A DNA stretch of 64,000 bases from Eledone cirrhosa (Eukaryota): NCBI GenBank assembly GCA_964016885.1, contig OZ024747.1, forward strand, positions 89,466,001 through 89,530,000. Reading direction: 5' to 3'. A program made the translations under genes and the position numbers. Positions 39,545 to 54,800 of the stretch are shown here, in pieces; the stretch's first letter is position 1; the number at the start of each line of letters is the position of its first letter. A model generated the notes under the pieces. The model made no database searches. It was given only the letters and a program-made list of their open reading frames with translations, and was not told the origin of the DNA.

Positions 39545-39786
39545 CGAGGGAAATTAAGGAGACAGAAACTGCTTATGCATACGATTTAGTTCTCCTGAAA
39601 AACACAAGCAAAGAATCAGGGGATGTATGACACTGAGTAGAAGTTGCAGCACAGTCAATTGAACTCTTCTTGAATGTTGACAAAACACAATTCATAAATA
39701 TCTATGCAACGTCAAATGACCAACTGCCCATGCTAGATGGATTTGGGATTGAAGTTGTAGATGACTTCTTATATCTTGGCAGCTGA
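39545..39786 (+). mobile_element. Decayed non-LTR reverse transcriptase fragment (RTE-like)
   Basis: Translation AYAYDLVLL (decayed YADD)..LNVDKTQF..IEVVDDFLYLGS, with stops. Confidence 0.7.
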
Positions 39787-41341
39787 AACAGAACTGTCTA
39801 ATGAAACAGAACCATGTGAGGTGGATAGTTTAATCTTACAACCTCTCTAGTGCTGATTCCTTATACTCTATGCTATTATATTTATAAGAAATAAGAACTA
39901 ACTTGGATTGTGATGACCCATCCAACCATACCAGTATGGCATGTGGATGTAAAATGATGATGACAATAATGTAGGTGAACATAGCACACAGCAGAGCCTA
40001 TCTTATATTGATTCTCTTACTTCTATTTATAACATCAATTACAGCTGGTACAGACATAAAATGAACAATATGTTATAACTTGATCAGTACTCAGATTGCT
40101 TGCTAAGATTCATAGATAAGTTCTGTTAGCAAAATGATATAGTTGTTGGTTAGTCCCAAGTCAGCTATGCTCAAGTAGATCTATGATCAAATGCGTTTTA
40201 GTCATAAACAGCTCATATTTTCCCCAGCTACAGTGCACACATGACCACATGATCAAATATGTCTTTTTTCTAAGATGGTAACTTATAATTTGAAGAAAGT
40301 TGACAGCTATTTCGTTCAAGCAAGTTGAATGATTGCATGGAGGCTCCCTTAATAATTAGTGCTAGGGTAAAATTATAATTCATTTCAGAAGAAAGGGGTG
40401 GAAAACGTTTAGAGAACTAACAACTTTTGTTTGCAGGAATAATTTTATCTCTCCCTTGATAGACTGGTGGGAAATCAGTAAAAAGCTTCATGCCATATGA
40501 TGGTGTAACATCAGAAATGAGAAAAATAGCAAATGATCAGAGGGAATGAGTTAATTATGGTACATTAAATATACAGTATATGCAGTATATATTAAACAAG
40601 TATAACTGAGTTGAAATATGTTGAAAAAGAGGTTGGCATGAAAAAATATTAACTAATGTATACAAGGGAAATGGTGTATGCAAAACGTTCTCAATATTAA
40701 TTTTTGTCTTAGGCTGTTCCATGTTGTATTGCAAATAGGGTTTGTTCTTAGACAGTTTCAGTAGCATTACTAGAGAAAGAGACACAACAAGAGACAGGAA
40801 GCTACATACTGTGTTTTGGTAACAAGATTTAATAGAAAGATGGCAACCAAGTTAATTTAGAGAGAGAGAGACGTGAAGGAGAGAAGAATCTATGCCAGTA
40901 TTTCATTGATACTTTATTCATTGTTGTTGAAAGAATGAAAGAGAACGTTCCCCCTTGATAGGATTTTAACTCTGTACACAGGGATTCAAAACAAATATCA
41001 CAAGGTATCCTACCTGAAACCCCAATGATTATCAATTCACCATCATATAAATTTAATCCTACAAGAAAGATACATCAAATGGTTTTGACATGTAATGAGA
41101 AAAGATGGTATGTGCCGAGTGAAAAGACACCATGATATGATGTTAGGAGTTACCTGTGGTAGATGTAGATCAGTAGATTAAAGAAATTGAGATATTGAGA
41201 GGAGGGAAGGACCTAAACATGTTTGATATGGAAGATTGTAAGAAATGTAAGACAGAGATAAATGAAATATACTGTATTGATAAATCTTTTGTGGAATGAA
41301 ACATTGACATGTTGAGTAGGAGCAAGAAAACGACTGTGTAG

Positions 41342-41826
41342 AAGATGGCAATAGAAGCAATGATGAAGATGATGATTATGATGGCCATGGTGGTGATGAA
41401 GATGGTGATGGTGATGATGATGATGATGGCAATGGTGGTGGAGATGATGATGATGATGACAATGGTGGTTGAGATGATGATGATGATGACAATGGTGGTT
41501 GAGATGATGATGATGATGATGATGGCCGTGGTGGTGATGAAGATGATGATGATGATGGCAATGAAGATGATGGCGAGGATGATGATGATGATGATGATAG
41601 TGGGGGTGGTGTTGGTTTGTTGTTGTTAGTGGTGGTGATGATGATGATGATAGTGGGGGTGGTGTTGGTTTGTTGTTGTTAGTGGTGGTGATGATGATGA
41701 TGATAGTGGGGGTGGTGTTGGTTTGTTGTTGTTAGTGGTGGTGATGATGATGATGATAGTGGGGGTGGTGTTGGTTTGTTGTTGTTAGTGGTGGTGGTGA
41801 TGATGATAATGATAGTGGTGATGATA

Positions 41827-41868
<42 letters not shown>

Positions 41869-41970
41869 GCAGTGGTGATGATAATGATGATGATGATGAT
41901 GGCAGTGGTGCTGAAGATGATGATGAAGATGATGATGATGATGGTGATGATGGTGATGATGATTATGGTG
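41342..41970. repeat. (GAT/GGT)n trinucleotide array with four ~54-bp higher-order units
   Basis: gatagtgggggtggtgttggtttgttgttgttagtggtggt repeated. Confidence 0.95.
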
Positions 41971-42516
41971 TGGGGACTGGACAATCAATGTACAACATAT
42001 GGATGGAAGGAAGAAGTAGAAAAAGTAATAAAAGAAGAAAGAAATAAGAAAGAATTGGAATTATACGAGAACAATATCTGGTGAGGAGAAATTCTACGTA
42101 GACATATTAGATCAATGAAGAAGAGTATGAAGAGATGAAGAGAACGTTTTGTTATTTTCACATGAAGAAACATATGTAAAACATATGTGAATGTCTAAAT
42201 AGATAAAATAATAACAAGATAAAATAAGAGACGTGGGAAGAGAAGATATATCAGTCCTATTTGTATTAATGTATTTAGTTAAAGCAGAACGTCCATTTTA
42301 TGTGTTCTGACAACACAGGAACCCAAGAGTAACATATTTGCTTTTACCAATGATTAAAAATTAATCTTTGTGTGTCAGATGGAATTCATTAATCATCTCA
42401 AAGGATTCAAAACAGGACCAAGAATGCTGTAGGGAATTCATGGGATGTATAATGCATTGTTTCTGCTACTTACATTAGAATACCCTAATTACAGTGAATA
42501 CATCTTAATAGCATTG

Positions 42517-42570
42517 TGTATATATATATATATATATATGTATGTATATATATATATACACATGTATATG

Positions 42571-42601
<31 letters not shown>

Positions 42602-42704
42602 ATATGTATGCGTGTATGTGTGTATATATATGTGTGTGCGTGTATGTATATATATATATATATATGTATGTATATATATATATGTATATATATGTATGTA
42701 TATA

Positions 42705-42745
<41 letters not shown>

Positions 42746-42811
42746 ATATGTATGTATATGTATATACACTATGTATTATATATGTATATGTATATATGTA
42801 TATATATATAT
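42517..42811. repeat. (TA)/(TATG) microsatellite
   Basis: Directly visible. Confidence 0.95.
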
Positions 42812-43572
42812 GTCCCACCCTTGTAAGCAGGGAAATGCGGACGTAAAATGATGATGATGATATGCAAATAGTACTGAACTTGTAGTTTTTTTTTAGCTGT
42901 TAAAGTCACCGACTCCCCTGTCAGCCAAAGACACTCTGTTACACTTCATATTATCCAATATACCCAATAATTTACATGAAGAAAACAACATTCCAATCAA
43001 TATTGCAAAACTATAGGATTTTAGAAGGAAGGATAATTCAGCTAGTCAGACAGACCAGTATAAAAATGGATGAAAACAACTTTGTTGATACTCTATTGAT
43101 TTAAACTATTTAAAGTAGTTTGTTTTATACCACAATGGCTATGCTGAATAAAATTGGAGTATTATATAGATGGGAAAAGGATAATGTTTGAATATTCAAT
43201 AGCAAAGAAATAATAACAGATTACTGCTCACAGATTGTCTGTAGCATTAAGGATTCTGAAGGAGTGTCTTTATAGTTGAAATAATATTGCTCCTAGCATT
43301 TATACGTTCAAATAGACAATTTTCCATTCCCTTGTTTTGGTATAAGTACACTGAAATTCTTATAACTTACCAAGATGCATATTTTGTATAAAGGGTTAAT
43401 CATGAAACTTTTGATACAAACCGACCCAAAATTGCTTCTGGTTCTATCAATTTTAAAGAGTTTCCATTTAAATTACATTTTTTCAACATAAAATTATATA
43501 AGAACTGAATGTTAAGTAACTATCTTAGTAATGAAATAATAATTTTAATAAATCCCTAATAAATCTTCATTA

Positions 43573-43757
43573 ATTGACAGTATCGGTAGAGGGTCAGATG
43601 CTATGCTTTGATGCATAGAGTTACGGCCCTTGCCATTCTGAGTTCAAATCCCGCCGAGGTTAACTTTGCCTTTCATCCTTACGGGGTCGATAAAATAAAG
43701 TACCAGTAATGCACTGGGTAATTGCTGGCCTTGTGCCAAAAAGTAGAAACAATTAAT
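43573..43757 (+). mobile_element. Young SINE family A inserted in an older AT-rich MITE-like element
   Basis: Near-consensus body; host sequence resembles 15620-15790 and ends in gaaagggtt. Confidence 0.8.
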
Positions 43758-46625
43758 TAATTGAAATAGAATGTATTTCATTAGAGATATGGTCTCGAAA
43801 GGGTTGAAGAACAAATCTAGTATGATTTTAATAGAAAAAGTTCAGATTAATATTAGTTGTGTTTGAAATAGTTTAACAAGAGTCTTTAGTCTCAAATCCT
43901 TGCTATTAAAATTGTATTTATTTCAACAGTCTTCCAAATCAATTTCTCTGCTATATAACGAATTCTCAATGAAATGATAGATGACTAAAAGAGATTTCAA
44001 ATTCTAAAAGCATTTAAAGGTATTCATTCCAAACAATGAATTCATATCTCTGATTTATATTCATAATTTGCATTTTGGCCTATATTATTTTTGTAACATC
44101 CATTCCACTTCTATAATCAGTTTTATTTCATATATTAATGAGGCTGAAGCCTTTACTTTGCTACTTGCATTGAAATTATAACATGCTAAAATTGAATCTT
44201 AGCTCTTTATTGTTAATATTTTAATCATTTTTCTCATATTTTTTTTTTCAAAATGTATTTTTTTTTGTTTTCTTTTTCTTTTTAGTAGGTCATTTTAGTG
44301 CCTCAATTTTTTGGCTTTCTAAATTATCAAATTAAACTTTTGAATCCATAGAATAACATTTCTAAGATAAATTCTGGTGTGGAAAATAACAATTTTAAGC
44401 AATACTTGGAAATATTTGATAAAAATATTATTCTTTTGACATTAAACCATACATAAATTAATAAAAAAAAAAGAAAAAATATGCAGATTATGCATTTAGA
44501 AAAGTTCAGGAAAGACTGTGTGTAGAAAGACAATGAAACTTAGCAGGTAACATAAATATTGGGGGTAAAAAAAATGAATAAATCTTTAAATCTTTTTTAT
44601 ACATATTTTGTTTGTAACTAGACTGCTGTAACATATTCCATTGAACTAGTAAGTTAAGTGTTGAGCCTTTGACTTACAATTACTAATAAAATGAAGCCTT
44701 ACAAACATAAAAGTTGATCAAGTCTTGTGATTTCTAACATAATTGAGCTGTCGACTAGCATCAGAGAGAAAAAGATCAGAGATAAACTACTCATGTGAAA
44801 AACTTGAAAACCTAAAAAAAGAATTCATAAACTCTGTGAAACAGAATCATTACAACCCTTTGACAGCCTGCAGCCACAGATAAATGTATAAACTCTAGTA
44901 TTATAAATAAATGCAAATGGAAATAAATATTTTTTTTCTCCATTTTGTTTGTTCATAAGTTTCTTATTCCTACTAAATCTATCAAAAGATATTTGTGATG
45001 TGTAATAAATATAAAAATAAAACTACAACTATGATTTATATATTTTGTCATAATACTATTAGTGCAAGTGAAACGTTTCTCTTTCCAATACATTGAAAAA
45101 AATAGCTTGCTTTTTAGGTCCTTAACTTTGGTCACAGGAGCATATAAAAATGATTGACTATACATTTTGACTTGTTCAGCCTGTAGTCAATTATGTTGGC
45201 CACAGAGAAATTTATAACCTGTTATAAAAATATGTATCATGTCATAACCGAGGAAAATGGAGACAGGGCAGTATACTCAATATATTTTTGTTCTGTAAGT
45301 GTGAATATGTCAAGGTTTAAAATGAAATGTTGCATTTTTTAAATGATGTTAACACAAGGAATTTAATCAGAAAGAGCAGATTATATGTTTTGCAAGAAAT
45401 TAAAACAAAATAAGTGGTCAAGATTTCAGAGCAAGTAAAATGATTTTAACCCTCACAGTATCTGAAGTTTAGTTGTTATTTGACTGAGAACTGCATTTGA
45501 GGATCAACTGAATGCTGTGGTGCTATTCATATCAATGTCTTTTAAGATACTCTAAAACCTGTATTGACTCTAATGCTAACAGTCCTTTAACCCACCTTAA
45601 GCTATTTCTGCTGCTATTGCTGCTACTGCTAATAATGAGGAAATAATTATCTAGGATTGGTTTCAAGTAATATTCATTTGTGTCATAAACCATTTTCAAA
45701 GACTTGAAAATTTGAGTTTATAATCACTATAGGAGTTTATAATCAATATATAATTTTTTAAATGATCTCATTGTGATATAGATAAAATCTAAAATGTCCT
45801 TTCTTAAGATGATTAAACAAAAAGGGATGAAGGGACTCTGCATGTTTAGTTGCCATCGTCTCCTTTTCCCCCTCTTCTTCCTCTTCTTCTATACATCTGT
45901 TACCAGTGCCATGACGAAGTTCCTCCTCCAGCTCACCATGTCCAGAACCCTTGCCTTGGTGTCATCTTCAAAGACATTGACACAATAAATCACACCTAGT
46001 ACACTCTCTAAAGTGATTGGTGATAGGAAGGATATCCAGCTATAGAAATTTTAACAAGCAAAGACTTGAGAGATCTCTTGCTAGTGCAGGGGCCCTGATA
46101 AAATGCATCCAGTTCACTCAACATAGGGAACTCGAATATGTAAGTAAAATATTGTCCCCTGGCTCATCTGAGAAATCAGTAGTTTCGGTTAATAATTGAT
46201 TTCATTTGTTACAACCCACTCAATCTTTGCAAGCAGAGTAAACAGACATTAAATGTTGATGAAGAAGATGTTAGAGAGAACAATCCTATTTTTGAGTGGG
46301 AATCTTAATCTTTTGTCCAGTTTGACGCCATTAACTGTATTTGGGGGGCTTTCTGTAGAACCCAATCTGTTGCAAGCATTTGAGCCAGGTCTCTAGTTTG
46401 CAGAGAACTTCTGCCCATCTTCCTACCTGTCACAGTGGCTCTGAAAAGGGTCATGAGTATTGCTTACCCTTTTTTTACAGATTCATTAAAAATATAGTTA
46501 TGTAATTCGATATACTGATCAATATGAGAAATTACTATTGACCTATGCAAGAATGAACAGGGTGAATCTATAGGATGTCACACCTTAGCTCTTGCATCCA
46601 GACTATTCGAAATATGTGACCTTAA

Positions 46626-46846
46626 CCCTTTAGCATTTACACCAGCTGTATCCAGCCAGAATTCTCTCACTTCTTTCTGTTCAAACTGGCTGTAACCGGC
46701 CACTTGTACTTATGTTAAGGTATTGTTCTCAAAATAAACAATGTCAAAATCTCATAGATTCAATATTCTGTGAGATAATTATGTGAGGCAAAGCCTTTAC
46801 AGGGAAAATATAATAGTATATATAGGGTAATGTAAATGTTAAAGGG
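46626..46846. mobile_element. piggyBac-like MITE (family D)
   Basis: TTAA-ccctttagcattta ... taaatgttaaaggg-TTAA. Confidence 0.85.
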
Positions 46847-46951
46847 TTAAAGACAAAATACATGATAACTATATCATGTATTATCTCCCTTGCTGAAATC
46901 CATGTGCGTATTTTCAACCTGGGTTTTGCCTTTTCATCCGTTCGGACTAAG

Positions 46952-47084
46952 GCTCGTTGAAGAAGTAGCTCCAGTCCCCCGTTGTCTGTAAGTCTTATAT
47001 TTTTGTGTGAGCTGATAGAGGACGGTTTAAGGAGTTACAGAAACCCAAGAAGCTAGATATTCCATCTCTCTAGTGGGTCCGGGT
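46952..47084 (+). ncRNA. Large type-I hammerhead ribozyme with U3 variant core
   Basis: gctcg TTGAAGA a gtagctcc ...ggagttac a GAA ACCCA ..ctaga..tctag TGGGT C cgggt; three closing stems around a GUC triplet. Confidence 0.7.
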
Positions 47085-47318
47085 ATGCTTTTTACATTCA
47101 TTTCATTTATTGATTTATTGATAATTTATCTGAGTGTCCCGAATCTTCCATATCGAAATTTTTCGGTTATTTGGTTGATTGTAGACATATTCTACGTGTG
47201 ACGGTATTTTAACGATAGTTATAGCTCTGATTTATTTGAATTATGGAGCCCTCTGCCGCTCATCTCGAATTTTGTTTATCGTGAACTCGTGCGCCGATTT
47301 TTCGATACTCGATTATTC

Positions 47319-47354
<36 letters not shown>

Positions 47355-48489
47355 TAGCATTATGATAATTGATTTTAGTGCATAGACAAGGCACAGTTAA
47401 TAAAGATTTGGATCAGATGCTTTTGTGATTCTGATTCAGTGATATATCTTTTTGTGTGTGTATATTTCTGTTTACTAACATGTGAAACAGTATAAACACA
47501 CATTCACATTCACTTACATAATTATATATTAGATGTCTACACACTCACATAAACATCTAAAAATAAATACTATCTGTTTAAACATCTTTAGATATAAAAA
47601 GGATATATTTTAGGTTTCCTATCTAGTTTAGTATCAGAATAACTTTAATTATTTCCTTAACACAACCATACTCTATCTTAAATATTTCTCATTAAAGTCT
47701 CTTTAGATAAGGATACTATGGTATTATTTGATTTATGCAGAGGGGGAACTTTTGCCCAAAGAATAATACGTAAATACAAAATTGTAGTTTATTTTCATCT
47801 GAAGACTTGTGTATTATTTAAATTTCTTTAAAATAATATCATTTTGAGGATCAGTGATTTAATTTCCATTCTGTTCTACTTGCCTCCATGACCTGACAAA
47901 TTTAATTTGGAATTATTTTCTTGATAAAGTAGTTTCCTAACAACAAAATTTAATTAAATAAATTTCTATATTTGATTTTATATTCCTTCTATTGAATAAT
48001 GAATGTGAGAAACATTGGTTTAGGATATATGTATCACCGTCAATAACATTTTGTCATATCTGTTCTCATCATCAGTAACAACAACAGCAGTGTCTTTATT
48101 AGCTGTAGTATAGCTACTGATAAGAATGCTGCTGCTTCTGTAGCTCAACTTTATATCACCTTAATAGTAATCCCAACTTCATAACTTCATAAGGAACAAT
48201 TTATCAACTCACTCAGGATATATTTTTATTCAGCATATTTATTTGAACTTGTTACCTATAAAATACTCATCGTCTCCTACGTAGCAAAGCTTCTGATATC
48301 TATGAGATTCTTTGGATTTGATTTCGTACTCAAATTAATAGAAAAAGAATTAAATAGATTGAGAAGAAAGAATGGAATATAAAATAAGGAAATATAAAAA
48401 TGGAAAAGGAAGGAAAAGGGAAGGGCTCCAGTGTGACAGAAGAATGGGGAGAAGAATGGGGAGAGGAAGGGTGATGGGCTCTAGGCCTA

Positions 48490-48780
48490 AGGCATGGCAG
48501 TAGTGGGACTGTGGACAATGGCCAGCGACACCCCCTGCAACAGCCACCCTTCATCACAGGGCTCCTTCCTCAGATGGGCCACTGATGTTCCGATCTTGCG
48601 GATGGAGCTCAGCAGTATGGGGTCCAGGTAAGTCTGAGCTGAGATCTCAACAGTGACCAGAGGAAGCAGTTGGACAGTCCCGGGTATTTGTTATCTTCCT
48701 TTTCACTGCATTATGGGTGGCAAACTGAGGTTTGTGGCTGAAGCGACTAAGTTGGAGGCGGAGAATGTGTCACAACTTGT
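48490..48780 (-). mobile_element. Decayed CRE-like non-LTR retrotransposon C-terminus (restriction-like endonuclease region)
   Basis: Frameshifted translation KYPGLSNCF..VTVEIS..IRKIG..LRKEPCDEGWLLQGVSLAIV, parallel to 54930-55245. Confidence 0.5.
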
Positions 48781-50759
48781 GGTGTCCCAGAAATTATGTT
48801 ATGTAATCGTCTACAACATTTTTTCTTTCAACATCCATATCCTACGATATGTACTTTGCAAAAAGAGAAAATATCTTTGTTGGCACTAGAAAATGGCAAT
48901 TTAATAAACCTGAATTCATATAAACTTGCCCCTTTCTCACTTTCGTAACATATTCCCAGTTGTAACTCCAGCACTGAGTTCCAGTACCATTCATGTCTAC
49001 TATTAATAGACAATTCTCCTGTAGACCATGCTCTAGTCCTTAGGCAATTTTGAATCCAGTGCATTTGTTGGTTTGCAATTGGTTAATCTAAGATTCAAAT
49101 ACATCTCTTGTATATCTATTTTCTGAAGATCCATTCTTGTAGCAGACTTATGAATTGCTTTATTAAATCATACTATATCGTGGATATGAGTGTTATATCA
49201 CAGTGTTTGTCAGATAATGAGATAAGAAGAGACACTCAATTACATTTTGGTCTTGAAATTATAAATACTGAATTATTTCTAAGTTAAATTGATCAATGTA
49301 ATAGAAGTTTATTTACAGTTTGAAATATATATATATATATATATCCATGAATTTTTTTTAATGAAAAAATGAATATTTTCTGTTAATAGACTATAATTCA
49401 ATGTAAGTAAAATCTCTTGGTTGAGTAATCTTTTAGGAGGAATAAGGAAAGATTTTGCCAAATTAAAAAAAAAAATCTCTCTCAGAACTTCAAACTGATA
49501 ATTTATTGTTGTTATATATTTTATTTCTTTGCTAGCTTTAACTGAAATCCTATAATTGTTATAAGTGCTACAATATAAGTTTCAATTGTTAAAAAAAATA
49601 AAGAAGATGAATTCTGTAGGAAAATTTAAATGTATGGCTCAGCTGAGTTTTAAATTTATGACAAGATTTTATTACTTTGAATGTTTGCACTTAGTTGTAG
49701 AAACAACAAACTTGAAAAAAAAAAAAATTCCTTTTGAATTGAAAGATATTGAAACAACGTGTAAAAATTATGAAAACCTTTCAACGATTCAGTTGGTTGT
49801 TTCATAAGTGGCATGGCACAAAGCTATTAGCTGTTACTTAGAAGAAAATTTCTCGTACTATTTCCTTGATTGTAAATTAAAGTGTGCAATTGCTTCAGCA
49901 GAAAAACAAATCTTTATTTTCCTATACATGTAATAAGATGCTATTAAACATTGAGGTATAAAATATCTCTGAAAGAATACGTAGTTACAATAGAATACTC
50001 TATATGGAAATGTTTGTATTGGACAATCAATATATAATTGTATATTAAATAGTGGACAATTGATGTCTAGTGTAGTAAATAGCAGACAATTAGTGTGTTG
50101 TTATGTAGTAAATAGTGAACAAATATGTTTGTAATTAGTTATTACTAAAGAAATATATATTAATTGAACTTTCCACTTCTTCTATTGTAAAATTATCTAC
50201 ACCAAGATTCAACAGTTTGAAAAATACTGCAGGCTATATTAATTTCAATGAAATAACTTTAATCTACTTTGGCGTTTTCATATCATGTAAATATAAATGT
50301 GAAATATATATATTTGTTTTGTAAGGTTTTTGATATGAAATCGTATGTTGAAACAGATATTGTTATATTTTGGGATGGTCATGTTGTCCTAATACTGCCA
50401 AAAATAGTAAAAAACACTCACTGCTTAGTTTTCACTTCAAATATGTTTCATACTGATAATCACTGAAGATGTCACAGGAAAATGTGTGAGAAAATAATTT
50501 TGAGAAATATTTTTAAGTGTTGGTCAATCAATGATAAATATTGATTGCCAACTAAATTATTTCAAGAAATATAAAAAAAGAATATACTGAAGTGAAAACC
50601 AAACCTGGCAATGAATGTGCTTTAATATTAAAAATATTAGGATAACATGGCTCTCCCTGAAATATTTATATTTTCAGTTATGAATACTAGATGTGACAGA
50701 AGAATTAGATTCTAAGATTTAATTTCTTGCTAATTTCTTGAATGTTTTATTTGTGACAC

Positions 50760-51028
50760 CAGGGTCGGATATAATGGGAGGCAAAGGGGGCAATTGCCCC
50801 AGGCCCCCTGCAGTGTAGGACCCCATCCAGCGACAGCTGTAGCAATTTGTTTGTGCCCTCAGCTGGGTTTTTTTAGTTTGAGGATGGTTAGAATTTTTTT
50901 TATTCAATACCTGTATGTATAACCTTTCAATTCCAATTACTTACGCCAAGCTAACTTTTATATGTAAAATTGGGTGGTGGGGAGTTTGCTGTATATTCTA
51001 ATTGTGTATAGGGGGTACCCCAACCCTG
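50760..51028. mobile_element. Possible hAT-like MITE
   Basis: Ends cagggtcgg / ccaaccctg, with ggggcaattgcccc subterminal palindrome; 8-bp flanks match only 5/8. Confidence 0.45.
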
Positions 51029-51660
51029 TGTGATGGTAATTTTATGTTCCCAGCAAACATGTTCTTAAATTCTTAACTTTGTTATTTTATGTATGATGAG
51101 AATATTTCAGTATTTCAAGATTTTAATCTTTACAATGCTTCCATATATGTTTTGCTTCAATTGTTTCATCACTTGAATATGATTAACTCTGTTATAACAA
51201 CTGTTAAGTATAATGTTACTTCTGGACATTGTTCTGATACTATGTTGTTCATAGATATTTTATACCTTCTCAGTCTGGCACTTCCTATAAAGAAGAGTTG
51301 CAGTGGAGTCTTCCTACTTCATTTTTATTAAGTGTTTGAAATTGTAATGTGTAATTTATTTTATAGGTATGTGCTTCTCAGGTGGTGGTATACTTCTTGT
51401 TTATAAACGTTATTATTTAATCATATAGTTTTAGGCCAAGTCTGTAGATGTTAACCATTACTAGTGATAATGGAAGACTTATAACTATCAAATTTAATCT
51501 AATTTCTTAGTTTAATGTCAAGTATTCTTATATACAATACAAACATTACCATTACCAAACTAACAAGTGAGGAATACCAGTCAAATCTCTCTCAAATCAC
51601 ACTCTGTCTTTAATTAAAAAAAAAAGGATGTAGTTGGATAATATAGTCTAAAATAAACTA

Positions 51661-51824
51661 CCATATTTCCTGGCACCGAAGATGCTTCGTCCTCGAGGAT
51701 ACACCCTAATCTTGACAACCAAAAATTTGAAAAAAATAAACAACCTTCGGCCTCCAGGATGCATGGTAGATTTTTGAGACTTATTTTATGAAAAAAGTAG
51801 TGTCTTCAACGTCGGGAAATATGA
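51661..51824. mobile_element. Tc2-like MITE
   Basis: TA-ccatatttcctggcaccgaagatgc ... gtgtcttcaacgtcgggaaatatga-TA. Confidence 0.7.
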
Positions 51825-54800
51825 TATGTCTAAAGAGACAAGAAAGTCACAGGACTAACTTGGGACTGCAGAACAAAAAGAAAAGAACATATTTATTATA
51901 TTTTATGATAGTAGTTTTGTTTTTTTGAGATAAAGCTTCATGAACTGGTGTTATTCTGAATGAAGTAAAATCAAAACTTAACCCCCGATAACATATTGGT
52001 GGAAATGTCCTGAATCAGACCAAATAAATAAACTAAATAGAAAATTGTATGTTATTTTGTGAAAAGTAGAACCATATTGTATTAGATGAGAATAATATTA
52101 GTCAACAATGTATTCAGTTTAGTATAGATGACTCTAATCTCTCCATTACTATATTTCTAATAAATTACTGTTCAAATAATTTTTGAAAAATAATCTGTTA
52201 CTTAGTAATACAACTAACTTTCTCATTATCAAGATGATGTCTTGAACATGACATAACAAAAGCTCTTATATAAAATTATGATGGAAGAGTTTTATATAAA
52301 TATAAACACTTTAAAATGAACAGCTTTATATCATAGAATGGAGGGTGGTTTTAAGTAATTTGGTGTTAAAAGGATTAATGGAAATATATTTAAATACAAG
52401 GGGGAGCTAAAAAGATCATATGTTGACTATGAAATAATTGTTTCTACTTTTGGCACAAGGCCATTACTGGTACTTTATTTTATCGACCCCGTAAGGATGA
52501 AAGGCAAAGTTAACCTCGGCGGGATTTGAACTCAGATCATAAAGGGCCATAACTCTTTGCTGCAAAGGATGGCGTCCGACCCTCTATCGATACTGGAAAT
52601 AATGATGCTAGCTCTGTGAAATCTTGTAGGCATTAATTTTAAACTCTTCTTATCAATTACTAACTGCATTGTTTATTTTTTCTGGGTAAAATGATATCTG
52701 ACTGTTCAAAGAAAACTTCAAAAGTAACTAATAGTGACTTCTCTTGGAAATGAACAAAATTTGGCATCATGATGATATCAAGTACCTGCAGAAAATAGGG
52801 TTTAGCTCCTAAGGACATTCATACTTATGGTTACTACATTAAGGGATAATGCTCCAGCTTTATTAACAGTGCCTAAATGAGCATCTGAACTTTGGAGGGG
52901 AAAGAAGAGTCTTGAAGATCACCCAAAGTCTAGACATCCTGCAACTGCCACTACATGGTGTCACTGTCCCAATTCCTACCCTACAATCCTACACACTTTT
53001 ACACGTTCCAGCCAACTGGCTGAGGCCATGCTGGAGCACTACTCTTCACTCATTCTCCTTCACCCTCATATTCAGTTTGCCTCCCCTTCTACCTTTTGGC
53101 CATTAGTAACAGTCTGAAATAACAGACTTGGGTTGATGCTAAAATAAAAAAAATACATCCAGTGTATTCTGTAAAGTAGTTGGTGTTCAAATGAAGACAG
53201 CATAGTGTAAATGACTCCTTAGTTTTATCGAGGATATGACAACCTCTCTAGTGCTGGTGCTATGATAAAATGTAATTACTACTCTCTGTTAAGTAGTTGG
53301 AGTTAGGAACGGCATCCAGTTGTAGAAACCATGCTCAAAATGGAATGTGTGAATGAGATGTGGTTCTTGAACCCTTCTAGGAGGACAGAAACCCTGAATA
53401 AGAATTTGTACCATAACAACATGTACAGCCCGTTCTAGTATGGGAAAATGATGATGATGACAATGATGATGATGATGACAACGACGACAACAATGGTGAT
53501 GATGATGATAATGATGATGACAACGACAATGATAAATACATTTGACTTTGAAATGTTTCTCATATTGAACTGGAGTTATTTTCACTAATTTCCTCCTTCA
53601 GCTACAACAAAGTTTCTCAATACATTCATCTCTCCAATCTCCAGCATTAGCTGAAAGAGGAGATAAAATAAAACCCCCAAAAACAAACATCCAAAAAACA
53701 AGAAAGAAATACTGGATATTAAAAGCTTGATCACAACAACAACATCAAGCAATAGAATTTTCCAACACTAATAAGGCACAAAAATCACTGATTAATAATA
53801 ACATGTATAATGAGGTAGATCTTGACATAAATTTTCACTTAAAGCTAATATTTATCCTGAAATATAACAAACCAAGTGGGACATGCATAATTATTGGACT
53901 GGGGATTTTAATAAGAATCAACTATGAATATCATTTAATATCTTCTTTAATATCATTTTATAGAGTTTCGTGTGTCATAGTTACTAATGAAGCAGATGGT
54001 AATTAATAATATAATTATGTCCTAATGTTATAGTTAATTATAATTGGTGTTGCTTGGCACTAATGAAACAGTAAGATTCTGGGAATATTACAAATGGACT
54101 GACACCTATAAATAATTAAGTCAATTAATGATGCTGTTGTCTGCTACAGATACAAGTGAAAAACAGTTCATTACTAATGACTATTATTAATGAAGCAGTC
54201 CATTTTTAATACTTGTCTTAGTAGTAACAAGATACCTGTATTAAGAACTAGTACTTCAGAAAAGATTATAGCCCTATGGGTTATAGTTGTATCAATGTGA
54301 ATTAATGTTCGACTAACTTCATATAATATATGCATTAAATCATACACAACAACCCTGCAAATAATAATATATCTAACATGTTAATTAGTACTCTATTATG
54401 AGTGCACCTAACTTGATATTGGTTAGAGTGTTTAGTTCATGATCTTGAGGTCATGAGTTCAATTCACAGTGATATATTGTGTCCTTAACCCATTAGCTTT
54501 TACATTACTCTATATATACTGTTGTATTTTTGTGTTCAATGCTTTATCTTACATAATTATCTCACATAATATCGAATCTACGAGATTTTGATGCTATTTA
54601 TTTTGAGAACAATACCTTAGCATCCAATTAGGATCAGTTTCAACAGAAGCAGGTGAGAGGATTCTAGCCAGATATGGCCTGTTTAAATGCAAACATGTAA
54701 AACACTGTGTCACACTGAATTTACACATCAGATAGAGTAAGTAGAGTGATCAATCACTTCCATATTAATTTGATGAGCAGACTGTTCTGTTATTTGAACA

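Noticed and set aside
50457-50505. CTGAAGA..tcaca/tgtga..GAAA motif
   Set aside because: Only a 3-bp stem I and an all-AU 2-bp stem III in AT-rich DNA; compatible with chance.
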